A stretch of 63,818 bases of DNA, the filler included, from Barthelona sp. PAP020 (Eukaryota): NCBI GenBank assembly GCA_040182905.1. It is 3 parts of 3 records of this genome, joined end to end, with 100 filler letters (N's around TTAATTAATTAA, not from the genome) between each part and the next. Parts side by side here need not be neighbours in the genome. Positions count along the whole stretch, not along the records: positions 21,459 to 42,580 come from JARQWU010000184.1; 2 more parts are not named here. One strand, 5' to 3'. Both the position numbers and the translations under genes were made by a program. The notes beneath the pieces were generated by a model that had not been told where the DNA came from, searched no databases, and saw only the letters and a list, made by a program, of their open reading frames with translations. Positions 30,601 through 39,703 of this stretch are shown here, piece by piece; position 1 is the first letter of the stretch, and each line of letters starts with the position of its first letter.

Positions 30601-31220
30601 GCTAGATCATCAAGGCTTTCTCCACCTTTTAATCCCACAATACAACGTTCTCCAAGTTCATCAATCTCAGTTTTCATTTGTAATATGTTCATACTTTGCA
30701 TGTCATTACATGCTCGAACACAACGTGTGCAACCAACACAAAGAGAAGTATCAATACGAATAGCGCCATTGTTATCTTGATTCACATCTCCCCAATTTAG
30801 CAAAGCATCGAATTCATTATTGACAACGCTTTCATTTGAACGATGACGAGTATTATTTTGCATTTTCCTTAAAGCTTCTGTTGCAGCTAAACGAACTTTG
30901 GGTGTGTTTGTATGAATACGCATTCCTTCTTTTATTGCAGAACAACAAGAAAGAAACAATTCCTTTTCTCCTTCAACTTCAACAACGCATACACGACATC
31001 GCCCAGCAGGCTTTAATTTAGGATGATGACATAAGGCCGGAACAAAATTTCCAGTTAAATGACAAGCTTCATATATGGATAAAGCAATTGGAACTTCAAA
31101 ATCGTTACCATTAATATTAATAACTATCTTTTCACCATCAATATCATCAACAACATTTCGAACCGTTGATGCACTGCTAATTGCTCTATTGGAATATCTT
31201 TTTTGAGCCAAATATGACAT
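27615..31220 (-). CDS. hydA: [FeFe]-hydrogenase fused to flavodoxin and FAD/NADPH reductase domains (HydA-CPR/CysJ-type fusion)
   Basis: 2Fe-2S (LCHH..GRCRVC..SC); 2x4Fe-4S (CVGCTRCVRAC, CIACGQCASYCP); H-cluster L1 TSCCPSW, L2 MPCTAKKQE, L3 EVMACPGGCIGGGGQ; flavodoxin YATVTGNT; FNR motifs RLYSIASS, GTGIAPFRGF, GCR, FSRE..KVY, terminal aromatic Y. Confidence 0.96.
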   Translation of the reverse strand: MSYLAQKRYSNRAISSASTVRNVVDDIDGEKIVININGNDFEVPIALSIYEACHLTGNFVPALCHHPKLKPAGRCRVCVVEVEGEKELFLSCCSAIKEGMRIHTNTPKVRLAATEALRKMQNNTRHRSNESVVNNEFDALLNWGDVNQDNNGAIRIDTSLCVGCTRCVRACNDMQSMNILQMKTEIDELGERCIVGLKGGESLDDLACIACGQCASYCPVGAISVVDDIDKVYEAMSSRKVVVVQTAPAVRVTIGEELGQLPGEINTDLLVQSLRALGFNYVFDTNLTADLTIMEEATELIQRITDNIVDPKDKAAPLPLFTSCCPSWINFVEKRRPDLIPYLSTCKSPMGMLGTIIKTYWADKMNIKPENIFSVAIMPCTAKKQECKRVELSQNHMYDIDCVLTTRELGKMLRTQNIDLGKLNNFKKSFDSTLGESSGAGVIFGASGGVMEAALRTAYYFLTGEELNNVKLQQCRGYYGIRFANIPLTLKDGINIEIKVAICGGITSAQKLLKRHAIEEIGEMFHFIEVMACPGGCIGGGGQSKSLDNNILKKRSEAIYKIDEFSKIRVSHKNLEVQAIYTEWLGKPGSEKAHHALHTTYTDRSSSFTKHSTTFTGYSSEVDSDSILITYATVTGNTTGFAKSLAQKLSSGGANTVLKPMDTITAIELKKYLNVVLMTCTYGMGDIPPMGIEFYESINVLDDDVLKGVNFAVFGIGSSAYGENFNKAGAMFWDVMLSKGASPILDRGIADEKHIQGFDVAFQPFADSFMEILGVEEGIPLGIPNPQYRCVLTAPISDPRGPPPPGCTFVRMIENRRITPIDYEQDSRFITLDLHGTGIKYKTGWHVGIWPGNKKERVEMFLTWYGSDPDVTFVVEPIGATCEIEALSKPMTVRQLATFYLDFYSLAGRDYYKKLAPFATNLQEREELAFLGSKAGSDKLAEDRIMFGTNFLDVLIRYPSCRPPLHYLVEMIPLITPRLYSIASSNLMHPQCLELLIGIVSHKTKSGKIVTGLATGWLEEVEPYGGEVLVPIFIRESPLVPPLDKTKPFIACGLGTGIAPFRGFAQDKEILRVQAKPQENIGQMYLFLGCRYSNKDFLLADEWKSWEENGIITVFYAFSRENPKKKVYITDRMIENPKILFDVMENDAGSFLYCGPAGRIPSNIRTAVVKALTIYGDFDETSASNRIEEYEREGRWIFESY

Positions 31221-31536
31221 AAACAGAAAGCACTATAGGCTAATTAAAAATATAACGAAGAATTTATTATTTTAACAGTGATTTGAAATAATAAAACTAA
31301 ACACAAAATTTCTAAATTAACCATAAATTACAATTCAACAGCACAGATAATCTCTTTGAAAAAACATAAAAAATTGTGAGACAAAAAACAAAAAAATGAA
31401 AAAAACGATTTTGTCTCTTTCTTCAAGAAGGTTTATTTTTCGCTGTTAAAAAGAAAATCAAATAAAAAACTCAGTATTTAAAAAAAAAATTATAAAAAAA
31501 CCCAACGAAATTTCTCTGAATCACATTTATTTCAAC

Positions 31537-33465
31537 TTAATTTGAACCAAAAAGATATGTTGTACACAACATATGAACAGCAACTGAAGCTGCATAACCA
31601 ATTAAAATCATCCATGAATATTTAAGATGAGCTTTAAAGGTAAAAATACCTCTTGCAGCTCCCATCAAAGCAACACCTGCTGCAGATCCCATAGCCAACA
31701 TAGAACCTCCACAACCAGTTGTTAGTGTGACTAACAGCCAATTTCCAACATCCATGGAAGGATTCATCTCCAAAACAGAAAACATACAGGGAATGTTGTC
31801 AAGAACAGCAGATACCACACCAACAATCACATTGGCAACCCAAGGCTCTAAAGAACTGTAAAGAATGGAAGCCAACTTTTGCAAATAACCAAAAGTAGCC
31901 AAACCACCAATTGACATAATAATTGCATAGAAGAATAGAAGTGTATCCCACTCTGTTTTAGCTCCAAGGACATTTCTAAACATGTCAAAGGGTTCAAAGG
32001 TATTACCTTCAGCAACACGATAACCATGTGCAGCAAGACGAGCTTTTGAAATTGTGGTCCTCTTATTAATCAATTTCTCATACTTACGAATGTACCAAGA
32101 AAGAATAGACAATAAACCAAAACCGAAAAACATCGTAACAGCAGTTGGAATATGGAAAAAGTTGAACCCACACACAACCATCGCAATAGTGGATAAGAAC
32201 AAAACAGCAGTTGGAATAGCTCCAGGCATCAAATGTGCAGCGGGGTTAACAGCAACTGTATGTTGAGGGATTGTCTTGGGAATCTTTAAAGACATAAGAA
32301 AGGCTGGTAACAACCAATTAACCAAACAAGGAATAATCAATCGGAGGAATTGTAAGAATTCGAGCTTTCCTGCTTGCCACACCATCAAAGTGGTGATATC
32401 ACCGAATGGGGAAAAAGCCCCACCAGCGTTAGCAGCCACAACAATGTTTGCACAACTGATCAAAACAAATATATCATCGTCTTGACGCTCTTTCTTGATC
32501 TTTTCAAAGGTTTGGTCACGTATCACTTTGTTATCGAATGCCTTATATTTACCTTTGTTGGAAGGTTCATCAAACAATTCTTCTCTAGAATCAATTGCTG
32601 CAACCAATTTTTTTGCATCAAACTTACGTGGAGTCAAACATTCAGGACTAGAAGACTCATCAATCATTACATCAACATCAATCGCCAACATATCCTTGTC
32701 AGAACTAATCTCCAAACTTCCCAAATCATCTTCATGCTCACTGCTTATACCAATTTCTGGAATAGATACAATAACATCCATTTCAGTGGTGTTTACCACA
32801 CCACGTTCTTCATAAATCTTTCTAATATCAACACTAGGCCTTCCGTATTCATCCAATTGATAAATTTCAGGTTCAACATTTCCATCTGCTTGTCGAATAA
32901 ATTCCTGTCTAAACATTTCTGCCAATATCAAATTATCTTCATCATCAGATTCTAATTCTTCTTCTAAATCTGAAATAACAGAAAGGTCTTCATCAATAAC
33001 AACACCACCAACTGAACATACAACTGTTCCCATAACTAAAGCAGTGGTTAAGTTATCAGCAATAGGTCCAATGATAAAGGCTAATAAACCAGTTACCCAG
33101 AATAAATTTCTTTTGTGAAAACGTTTGTTCACTAAATATGCTTTCAAAGCTTCAAAAACACCACGATCTTCCATAGTAGCCACAAAACTCATAGCCGCCA
33201 GTACAAACAAGAATATATCTGTAAATTCTAATAAATATTCATGTGCAGCATGTGCAACAAGAGAAGTAGTTTCACCATCAACCAATACAGTTTCATCTCT
33301 CATGGCGATTCCTGCTAAAATCCAAATCAAACCAGTGACAACCAAAAGAGGTTTGGATTTTCTAATCTTTAATTCTTCTTCAAAAATTGCCATGACAATT
33401 CCCATCAAAAAAAGTAACACACTTATGAGACCTAATGGATGACTAACATATGAACTTCCAGACAT
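31537..33465 (-). CDS. nhaD: NhaD-type Na+/H+ antiporter with a large acidic insertion
   Basis: EE.LKIRKSKP, PIADNLTTAL, NIVVAANAGGAFSPFGDITTLMVWQAG, EWDTLLFF, SAVLDNIP, GGSMLAMGSAAGVALMG. Confidence 0.9.
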   Translation of the reverse strand: MSGSSYVSHPLGLISVLLFLMGIVMAIFEEELKIRKSKPLLVVTGLIWILAGIAMRDETVLVDGETTSLVAHAAHEYLLEFTDIFLFVLAAMSFVATMEDRGVFEALKAYLVNKRFHKRNLFWVTGLLAFIIGPIADNLTTALVMGTVVCSVGGVVIDEDLSVISDLEEELESDDEDNLILAEMFRQEFIRQADGNVEPEIYQLDEYGRPSVDIRKIYEERGVVNTTEMDVIVSIPEIGISSEHEDDLGSLEISSDKDMLAIDVDVMIDESSSPECLTPRKFDAKKLVAAIDSREELFDEPSNKGKYKAFDNKVIRDQTFEKIKKERQDDDIFVLISCANIVVAANAGGAFSPFGDITTLMVWQAGKLEFLQFLRLIIPCLVNWLLPAFLMSLKIPKTIPQHTVAVNPAAHLMPGAIPTAVLFLSTIAMVVCGFNFFHIPTAVTMFFGFGLLSILSWYIRKYEKLINKRTTISKARLAAHGYRVAEGNTFEPFDMFRNVLGAKTEWDTLLFFYAIIMSIGGLATFGYLQKLASILYSSLEPWVANVIVGVVSAVLDNIPCMFSVLEMNPSMDVGNWLLVTLTTGCGGSMLAMGSAAGVALMGAARGIFTFKAHLKYSWMILIGYAASVAVHMLCTTYLFGSN

Positions 33466-33827
33466 ATGGGAAAAAAAAATAAAATATCCCCAGTTTCATT
33501 TTTCCCATTATTGGCAAAATCAATCTTTAATTATTTCTGCTTTTAACAATAATATTTTATTCTATTACACTGTATACTAATTTCCATCTTTAAAATTTGA
33601 TGATTTGGAAAAAATCATTATGGATTTCTTTCAACAAGTCTTCATTAAAACAGCTTTTTAATGTAAAAAATTGTTTTTTTTTGTCTTTATTTTGTTGTTG
33701 TTTGCAAAAAATGGTAAAAATTTTGAAAATCAAAAAGAAAAGCAACCAAGTTCACTTCCTTTTCTGGCAATTGAGGTTTTCAATACAAAAATAAAACACC
33801 TTTAACAGGTAAAATTACACTTTACAT

Positions 33828-34140
33828 TTAACCGGAGCGGAAAAGGAGGAAAGCAAGTTGTCCAATGTAGAAATAAATGAAATTGTTAGTTTCGTGAGTG
33901 ATGTAAGAACCAAAAGCACGACCAACAATGCAATGCCATGTAGGATCATATTTTCTATCGAAGTCACGTTTAATATGACCAGCAATATCCTTTTCAATAG
34001 TATACTTGGAGATAGCAACGTTAGCAGTATCAATGGCATCTTGTTGCATGTCTTCAGACATATCGGCGTTTTTAACTTCAAGTTAGAATAACCAAACAAT
34101 TAATAATAATAATACTTATAGCTTTGTGTTGTGTTGACAT
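33828..34140 (-). CDS. DYNLL: Dynein light chain LC8 (exons 34140-34116 and 34075-33828)
   Basis: After removal of a 40-nt intron: [24 protein letters not shown]...[18 protein letters not shown]...LLFRSG. Confidence 0.95.
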
Positions 34141-34502
34141 TTTAAATAATTGTTAATATATCAAATGAAAAAAGTCCAATAAGATATTCAAATTCAAAAA
34201 ATCGAATTCGAGATGCCTTTCGACTTTTTGTTAGAAATTTCAATTTCACCAATAAAACCAAATTAAAATAAATTTAATTGCATATTTTAGAAGGTTATTT
34301 AAAATTTATGACCAAATTGAAAAGAAATTTATGATTGTTTAACAAACTTAATCTTTCTTTTTTCATCTGATTTATCAGATAAAAAGATAATTGAAGGATC
34401 AGACCATACATCAAATGGTTAATGTAATGCAAAATAAATAAAATTAAATAATCATTTATTGTGTTGTTCTTTGTTTAATCTTCTCTACTAATCTCTTTAT
34501 AT

Positions 34503-36239
34503 CTACTTAAAAGTACGTTTACCATTTCTAAATTCCTTCAAAATCTTAATATTATTACCATATTTAGATTTTTTATATAGACTTGAATTACGTCGTTTTG
34601 AATTGAAACTATTTGCCCTCTGTTTTCCATTGTTTGACCTATTATTCCGCTCAGACTTGTTTCTTTTATTTACATTTGGCAATACTTTTCTAATACTTAC
34701 TAATTGTCTAATGATATTAAGCGTTTCAGTTAAATCACACAATAAATAATCGTCTTTTGAATACTTTATCGATGAAATATCGGTATATTCTTCAAAACGA
34801 TCGTAATCAAACAAAGACATCGTTTGGATATTGTCATTTTCAATTTCTACAGACTCTTTCTGATAGCTTCTCATTATCTCTGCAATTGTCTTAGTTTTTT
34901 CAACAAATATAGATCCAGTAAGATCTTCTTCCTCTTGCAAATCATCATCAGAAGTGGATGAATAAGAATCTTTAAATAACACCAAGGGCTTTGTGTTTGA
35001 CTCATAAAGTTGATCTTCAATATCAGAACCTTCCAAATCATAATACCAACGTCCAGGCATTAAAACAGAGATATCGACATAGCTCCAAACATTATAAAAA
35101 AACAAGTCAAGAAGCTCTATTGAAGAAAAATAATGCACATTGTTATTTTGATTCATATTATAAATGTTATTGAGTAAATTCAAAGCAACACCAGCTACAG
35201 ATTGAATTCTGTGAAAATTGCTCTCAGAAACACTACGACCAATGTTATTCGAAAGATTAATGGGGTCTAAAACATTGAAAGATTTTAAAAAGAAAGTATG
35301 ATTCTTATTTAAAGCCTCCTTTCTGGGACGATATGAATACTTAAAGCACAACATCCGTAATCCATTGTATAAAGTACGACGAACAACAGCACTTTTTTCA
35401 CAAAAATTTTCAAACACTTTTGGAATAGTTTTATGTTCAACAGTAGTGATTCTAAGCATTTCATTGTTTTCTACTGAACCAAGAACAGTCAAAGCATGTG
35501 TCTTCCAAGGAAAATTCTTTAAAACATGAAGAAATAAATACAAAGCTTGAAAAGGTGTTTCAATTGGATGAATATTTTCAGAAAATACAAAAATATAGGT
35601 CAAAATCCCTTGTAAACAATAAGTAGATAACAACCCATTATTTCCACCCAATATTTTCGATTGATACATACACCAACCCTTAATTAAAATAGTGGACTTC
35701 TTAAACAAGTGATTCTTTCCTATTAATCTATCCATTTCTTCCAAAAATGTGATTGTGAACAACCCTTGAAACTGATTAATTGTGATGTCAACTTGATAAT
35801 CATTAACAATCAGTTTTAAAACGGGAACATCTGCACGCACTAACTCGACTTCTTGAATAAAAATAGTAGGATAACTGTAGTTATAACTGTTCATACACCT
35901 TATAAATTCCTTTTCTAATTTAATCAATAATTCTAAAGGACTACAATTGCAATCCGAACAGTCACAACCAACATCAATATCACCATCAGGTAAAAACGTT
36001 CTTAACTTAACACTACCATACAAAAAACATTTTGAATTAATTGTTTCATTAACTATATTCTTAATGAACTTAAAAATTGATAATCTATGACGAATCGCTC
36101 TTTCAGAAGGTTGTAAAGCCCGAACCAACTCATCAAAACGATGCAATAAATTAGTTGATTCATCTGGTATTGGAATATCCAATAAATCAGTGAACATTTG
36201 AATGTAATTTTCTTCCATATTATTTTTGTCTGTTTTCAT
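34503..36239 (-). CDS. Non-canonical poly(A) polymerase / terminal nucleotidyltransferase (Pol beta superfamily)
   Basis: YGSVKLRTFLPDGDID catalytic motif, ADVPVLK, VDIT, IGKNHLFKKSTILIKGWC, DPINLSNNIGRSVS. Confidence 0.85.
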   Translation of the reverse strand: MKTDKNNMEENYIQMFTDLLDIPIPDESTNLLHRFDELVRALQPSERAIRHRLSIFKFIKNIVNETINSKCFLYGSVKLRTFLPDGDIDVGCDCSDCNCSPLELLIKLEKEFIRCMNSYNYSYPTIFIQEVELVRADVPVLKLIVNDYQVDITINQFQGLFTITFLEEMDRLIGKNHLFKKSTILIKGWCMYQSKILGGNNGLLSTYCLQGILTYIFVFSENIHPIETPFQALYLFLHVLKNFPWKTHALTVLGSVENNEMLRITTVEHKTIPKVFENFCEKSAVVRRTLYNGLRMLCFKYSYRPRKEALNKNHTFFLKSFNVLDPINLSNNIGRSVSESNFHRIQSVAGVALNLLNNIYNMNQNNNVHYFSSIELLDLFFYNVWSYVDISVLMPGRWYYDLEGSDIEDQLYESNTKPLVLFKDSYSSTSDDDLQEEEDLTGSIFVEKTKTIAEIMRSYQKESVEIENDNIQTMSLFDYDRFEEYTDISSIKYSKDDYLLCDLTETLNIIRQLVSIRKVLPNVNKRNKSERNNRSNNGKQRANSFNSKRRNSSLYKKSKYGNNIKILKEFRNGKRTFK

Positions 36240-36407
36240 AACATATTAATAAAGTTAATAATATTGCTTATTAATAATGTAAGATAAAAAGGAAAAATTA
36301 AAAAAAATTAACTTAAAAAAGGAAAAAGTAAAAGTGAAAGAAAAAAAAATGTAAAAAAAAATGAAGGTCAGATAGTGGACATTTTATCAGAATACATGAA
36401 AAATTAA

Positions 36408-39368
36408 ATGCAAAATGATTTTCAAATACAAACATGTGTATCTTTAGCTATTCAAAACATTTACAAACAAACAAAAGATTCCAAAAAATCACTCTCGCTT
36501 ATCAGGCTTTTCATTGATAATCAACAATTTTTGAATAATGTTGAAGAAATAGATAATATATTGTATGAATTAAGCATGATGTTAAAAACAAGACCTGAAT
36601 CAAATTCTGAAGATCCCAATTCTATATCGATAAATTTTATAACTTTTGAGACAGTATTAAACTATATTGATGTTTGTTTAAAGAATTTAAAACCCGAACA
36701 ACATGATATATCTTTATGTTTAGGTTGCTTTTTGTGTTTGGTGCAATTAATACAAAATTTTAATGAAAATTCATGGTTGAATTTTTCTGAGGAAATATTA
36801 ATATTTTTATTGAATTTTTTGAATTTTTCATCAAATATTCATTCTTTTACTGAAAATAATGATGAAATTGACATGGATTTGATTCAATTGATTCCTAGAT
36901 ATATTATTGGAATTTTTCAACGATTTTTTATTCAATTAAACAGATTTGATCTTTCAAACAGTACTAAGATCATTATTGTTACTAATGTTTTTGAATTTTA
37001 TGAAAAATTTTTGAAGATAAATCTTGAATTTTTATTATACTGTTGTCCTGGAATTATATCTCTTGTTACATTAAGTTTAATGAAAGCGTACAGAATTCAA
37101 AAAAAGAGTAAAAGTGTAACTGTAAGGTTATTAATTTTTTGGTGTGATATTGTTGGTTTTTTCTTTTCAAAAGAACATTATGAAGCATATAATAAATATT
37201 TAACTGGATATATTTTGAGACATGATGGAAAAGAACCTATAAGTGAAAGAGATCAACGTTCATTTGAAATTCGATTGAAAGAAGGGATAAAAGTTGGTAA
37301 TAATTTCAAATGGTTTAGTTATTTTGATGATGCTTTAGCAAATGGTCTTCCTTTGCTTGAAAAAATCACCAATGATATGAATTTTATCCCTGACGTATTG
37401 GAAATGCTTGACAATGTTAATTTTGAAATGATTGATCTGTTTAATAAGAGTAAATTATTGTTACACTCTTTTTTAGAACCTTTACAACAATTTGCTATTG
37501 AAATAATGATTCATTGTAAAATTAACAACATTAATATCAATACTAACATTGCAACTAACACTTTCAAAAAACTTCTTGAAAATTCAAAATATTGCAAAAG
37601 TTCAAAAAGTTTAATCAAAAGATTGGAAAAACTTATTCAATACATTGATGTTAATGATATATTTTTGATACCTAAAACTAAACCATTTGAACAAAGTTTT
37701 TTCGATCTCTTAATTAGAATAATTATCAAAGATGTAGTTATTGAGAGTGGAATGAATGAATTAAAGACAAAAACTTTTTTTTCTTCTTCTTCTTCTTTTC
37801 ATTCTTCTGGTTATCAACCGATAAGTATTGTTGATCCTTTAACATGTTTACCTTTTGATGAGACTTTGATACCTAATTGTCACAGCATATTGAAATGTAT
37901 TAGATGTCTAGCAAATAGGTTGTTTTCAACTGTAAATAGTGTTGAATATACTTTAGCTTCAACAATATTTTTTAATGTATTAACTAAAACACTTGTAGAT
38001 GCTGATTCAAATGTATTTGTCGGTATCTTATTAATTTGTTCTGGTATACTACAAGGAATAAGTCATCAAGATAATAGGTTAAAAATTTTGATTGGTGAAG
38101 TAGTAGAATCGATAAAAAATGCTATAGAACAAAAGAAAATGATCTTTAACATATGGTTTATTGATGTTTTTTGTCATTTTTGTATCGTTGCGTTTGATAA
38201 ATATTCTATCCTTACTATTAACAAATGTTTTCCCATTTTAATGAATATTTTAGGTCAAGGTAAATATGATGGTTATGTTATGAAAGTTTTTGCTATTTTA
38301 GCTTATCTTGATAATCATAAAACTGTAAATTCGTTCTTTTGCAAATACATTGATATAATAATGTTGCCTTTAACTAATCAATTGAAATATCTTCGTGTAC
38401 AAAAGGAAAAATCATCAAATGAACAGATCCAATGGATTATCTATGGATTTTGTGATTTTTTAAGAATGATTCGTAAAGAAGAATTTGCCTTGGTTGATAC
38501 AAAATTGATCAATATTTTGAGTGAAATCATTAGTGAAACTACGTCTCAAATAGTGTTTAATCCAACTTATATTTTGGTTTTTATTGATATAATAACCTAT
38601 TCAATTGAAATTCTTATCAAAACATATGATATTCAACCAATAGATGTTGAAACCAGAAGAATAAAAGAGGAAACAGAAGGAATTGTAAACAACGAAGATG
38701 AAGATATTTACAATGAAACGTATTTAATTCATAAACCGTTGACAACGATAATCTCCACTGTTATTCAAGTATTTATGCCATATTGGGCAGCAGATGATCT
38801 TCTTTTGGCTAATAAATCTTTGAAATTATTCTCAACTTGTGTTCATATCTTGAGTCATGCCGCACCAACTGTTTTATTACCTCAAATCAGTCAAATCTGG
38901 AATGCTTTTATTCTACGTTTAAATGATGATCGTAAGGAAATTATTATGGTTGTTTTGAGATCATTAAACATGATCATGTTGTGTTGTGGGACTTTTATTC
39001 TCGATACAAATAGATTTCAAACCGATATTTTAAATAAATTAGCTAATTTCATCACTCCTTTATCTGTTTGGACTTTAGATCAGCATGTTACAAAGATCAT
39101 TGTTCATATTGTTCAAACAACAGTGAATAACGAACGAATGTTTTTCTTTATTAGCCAGAAAATTGACTTATTGAATGATTTCAAAGCTTTAATTACACAT
39201 GTGAGAAGGCAAAAAGATTTAGAGAAGACCATTATCAATGATATGGATATGTTAATTTTAAATGATGCTTTTCAGATGTTTTCAAGGGTGAAAGCAAGTG
39301 AAAAAAATGATTCTCTTGAAAATGAAGAAATCGAAGAAGTTGATTGTGATGATCATGACTTTTCTTGA
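36408..39368 (+). CDS. TTI1: TTI1-like HEAT-repeat protein (TTT co-chaperone of PIKKs)
   Basis: CPGIISLV, LLPQISQIWNAFILRL and CGTFI..RFQTDIL match TTI1 conserved blocks; ~990 aa. Confidence 0.65.
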   Translation: MQNDFQIQTCVSLAIQNIYKQTKDSKKSLSLIRLFIDNQQFLNNVEEIDNILYELSMMLKTRPESNSEDPNSISINFITFETVLNYIDVCLKNLKPEQHDISLCLGCFLCLVQLIQNFNENSWLNFSEEILIFLLNFLNFSSNIHSFTENNDEIDMDLIQLIPRYIIGIFQRFFIQLNRFDLSNSTKIIIVTNVFEFYEKFLKINLEFLLYCCPGIISLVTLSLMKAYRIQKKSKSVTVRLLIFWCDIVGFFFSKEHYEAYNKYLTGYILRHDGKEPISERDQRSFEIRLKEGIKVGNNFKWFSYFDDALANGLPLLEKITNDMNFIPDVLEMLDNVNFEMIDLFNKSKLLLHSFLEPLQQFAIEIMIHCKINNININTNIATNTFKKLLENSKYCKSSKSLIKRLEKLIQYIDVNDIFLIPKTKPFEQSFFDLLIRIIIKDVVIESGMNELKTKTFFSSSSSFHSSGYQPISIVDPLTCLPFDETLIPNCHSILKCIRCLANRLFSTVNSVEYTLASTIFFNVLTKTLVDADSNVFVGILLICSGILQGISHQDNRLKILIGEVVESIKNAIEQKKMIFNIWFIDVFCHFCIVAFDKYSILTINKCFPILMNILGQGKYDGYVMKVFAILAYLDNHKTVNSFFCKYIDIIMLPLTNQLKYLRVQKEKSSNEQIQWIIYGFCDFLRMIRKEEFALVDTKLINILSEIISETTSQIVFNPTYILVFIDIITYSIEILIKTYDIQPIDVETRRIKEETEGIVNNEDEDIYNETYLIHKPLTTIISTVIQVFMPYWAADDLLLANKSLKLFSTCVHILSHAAPTVLLPQISQIWNAFILRLNDDRKEIIMVVLRSLNMIMLCCGTFILDTNRFQTDILNKLANFITPLSVWTLDQHVTKIIVHIVQTTVNNERMFFFISQKIDLLNDFKALITHVRRQKDLEKTIINDMDMLILNDAFQMFSRVKASEKNDSLENEEIEEVDCDDHDFS

Positions 39369-39703
39369 AAGATTCTTCGAAAGTTATTAAGGGGCAAAAT
39401 ATTGGCATGATTCAATGAAAGTTTATTCATAATATTTGAATATTTGGAAAGGATTTTGTGATTTAGATGTTGATTAATGTTTAATCCCAAAATTAGTGTT
39501 TCAAAAAGGTAAAATCAGAATTGGTTGTTTTTTTTTTTGTTTCCCATCTCTTTTAATAAAGTTGATAAAAGAATTAAAATAATACCTATTCAAAAAAAAA
39601 AGGAAAAACTGTTTCAAATAGGTGTTCCTCCTTTTTTGTCTGCTCATTTTGTCGAAGTTACTTCACCACAAATTTTTAACAATTTTCTATTGAAATTTTA
39701 TTG

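Noticed and set aside
32374..32955. Long antisense or alternative-frame ORFs inside genes (also 26470-26916, 43511-44038 and others)
   Set aside because: These are shadow ORFs of well-supported genes with no motifs of their own.
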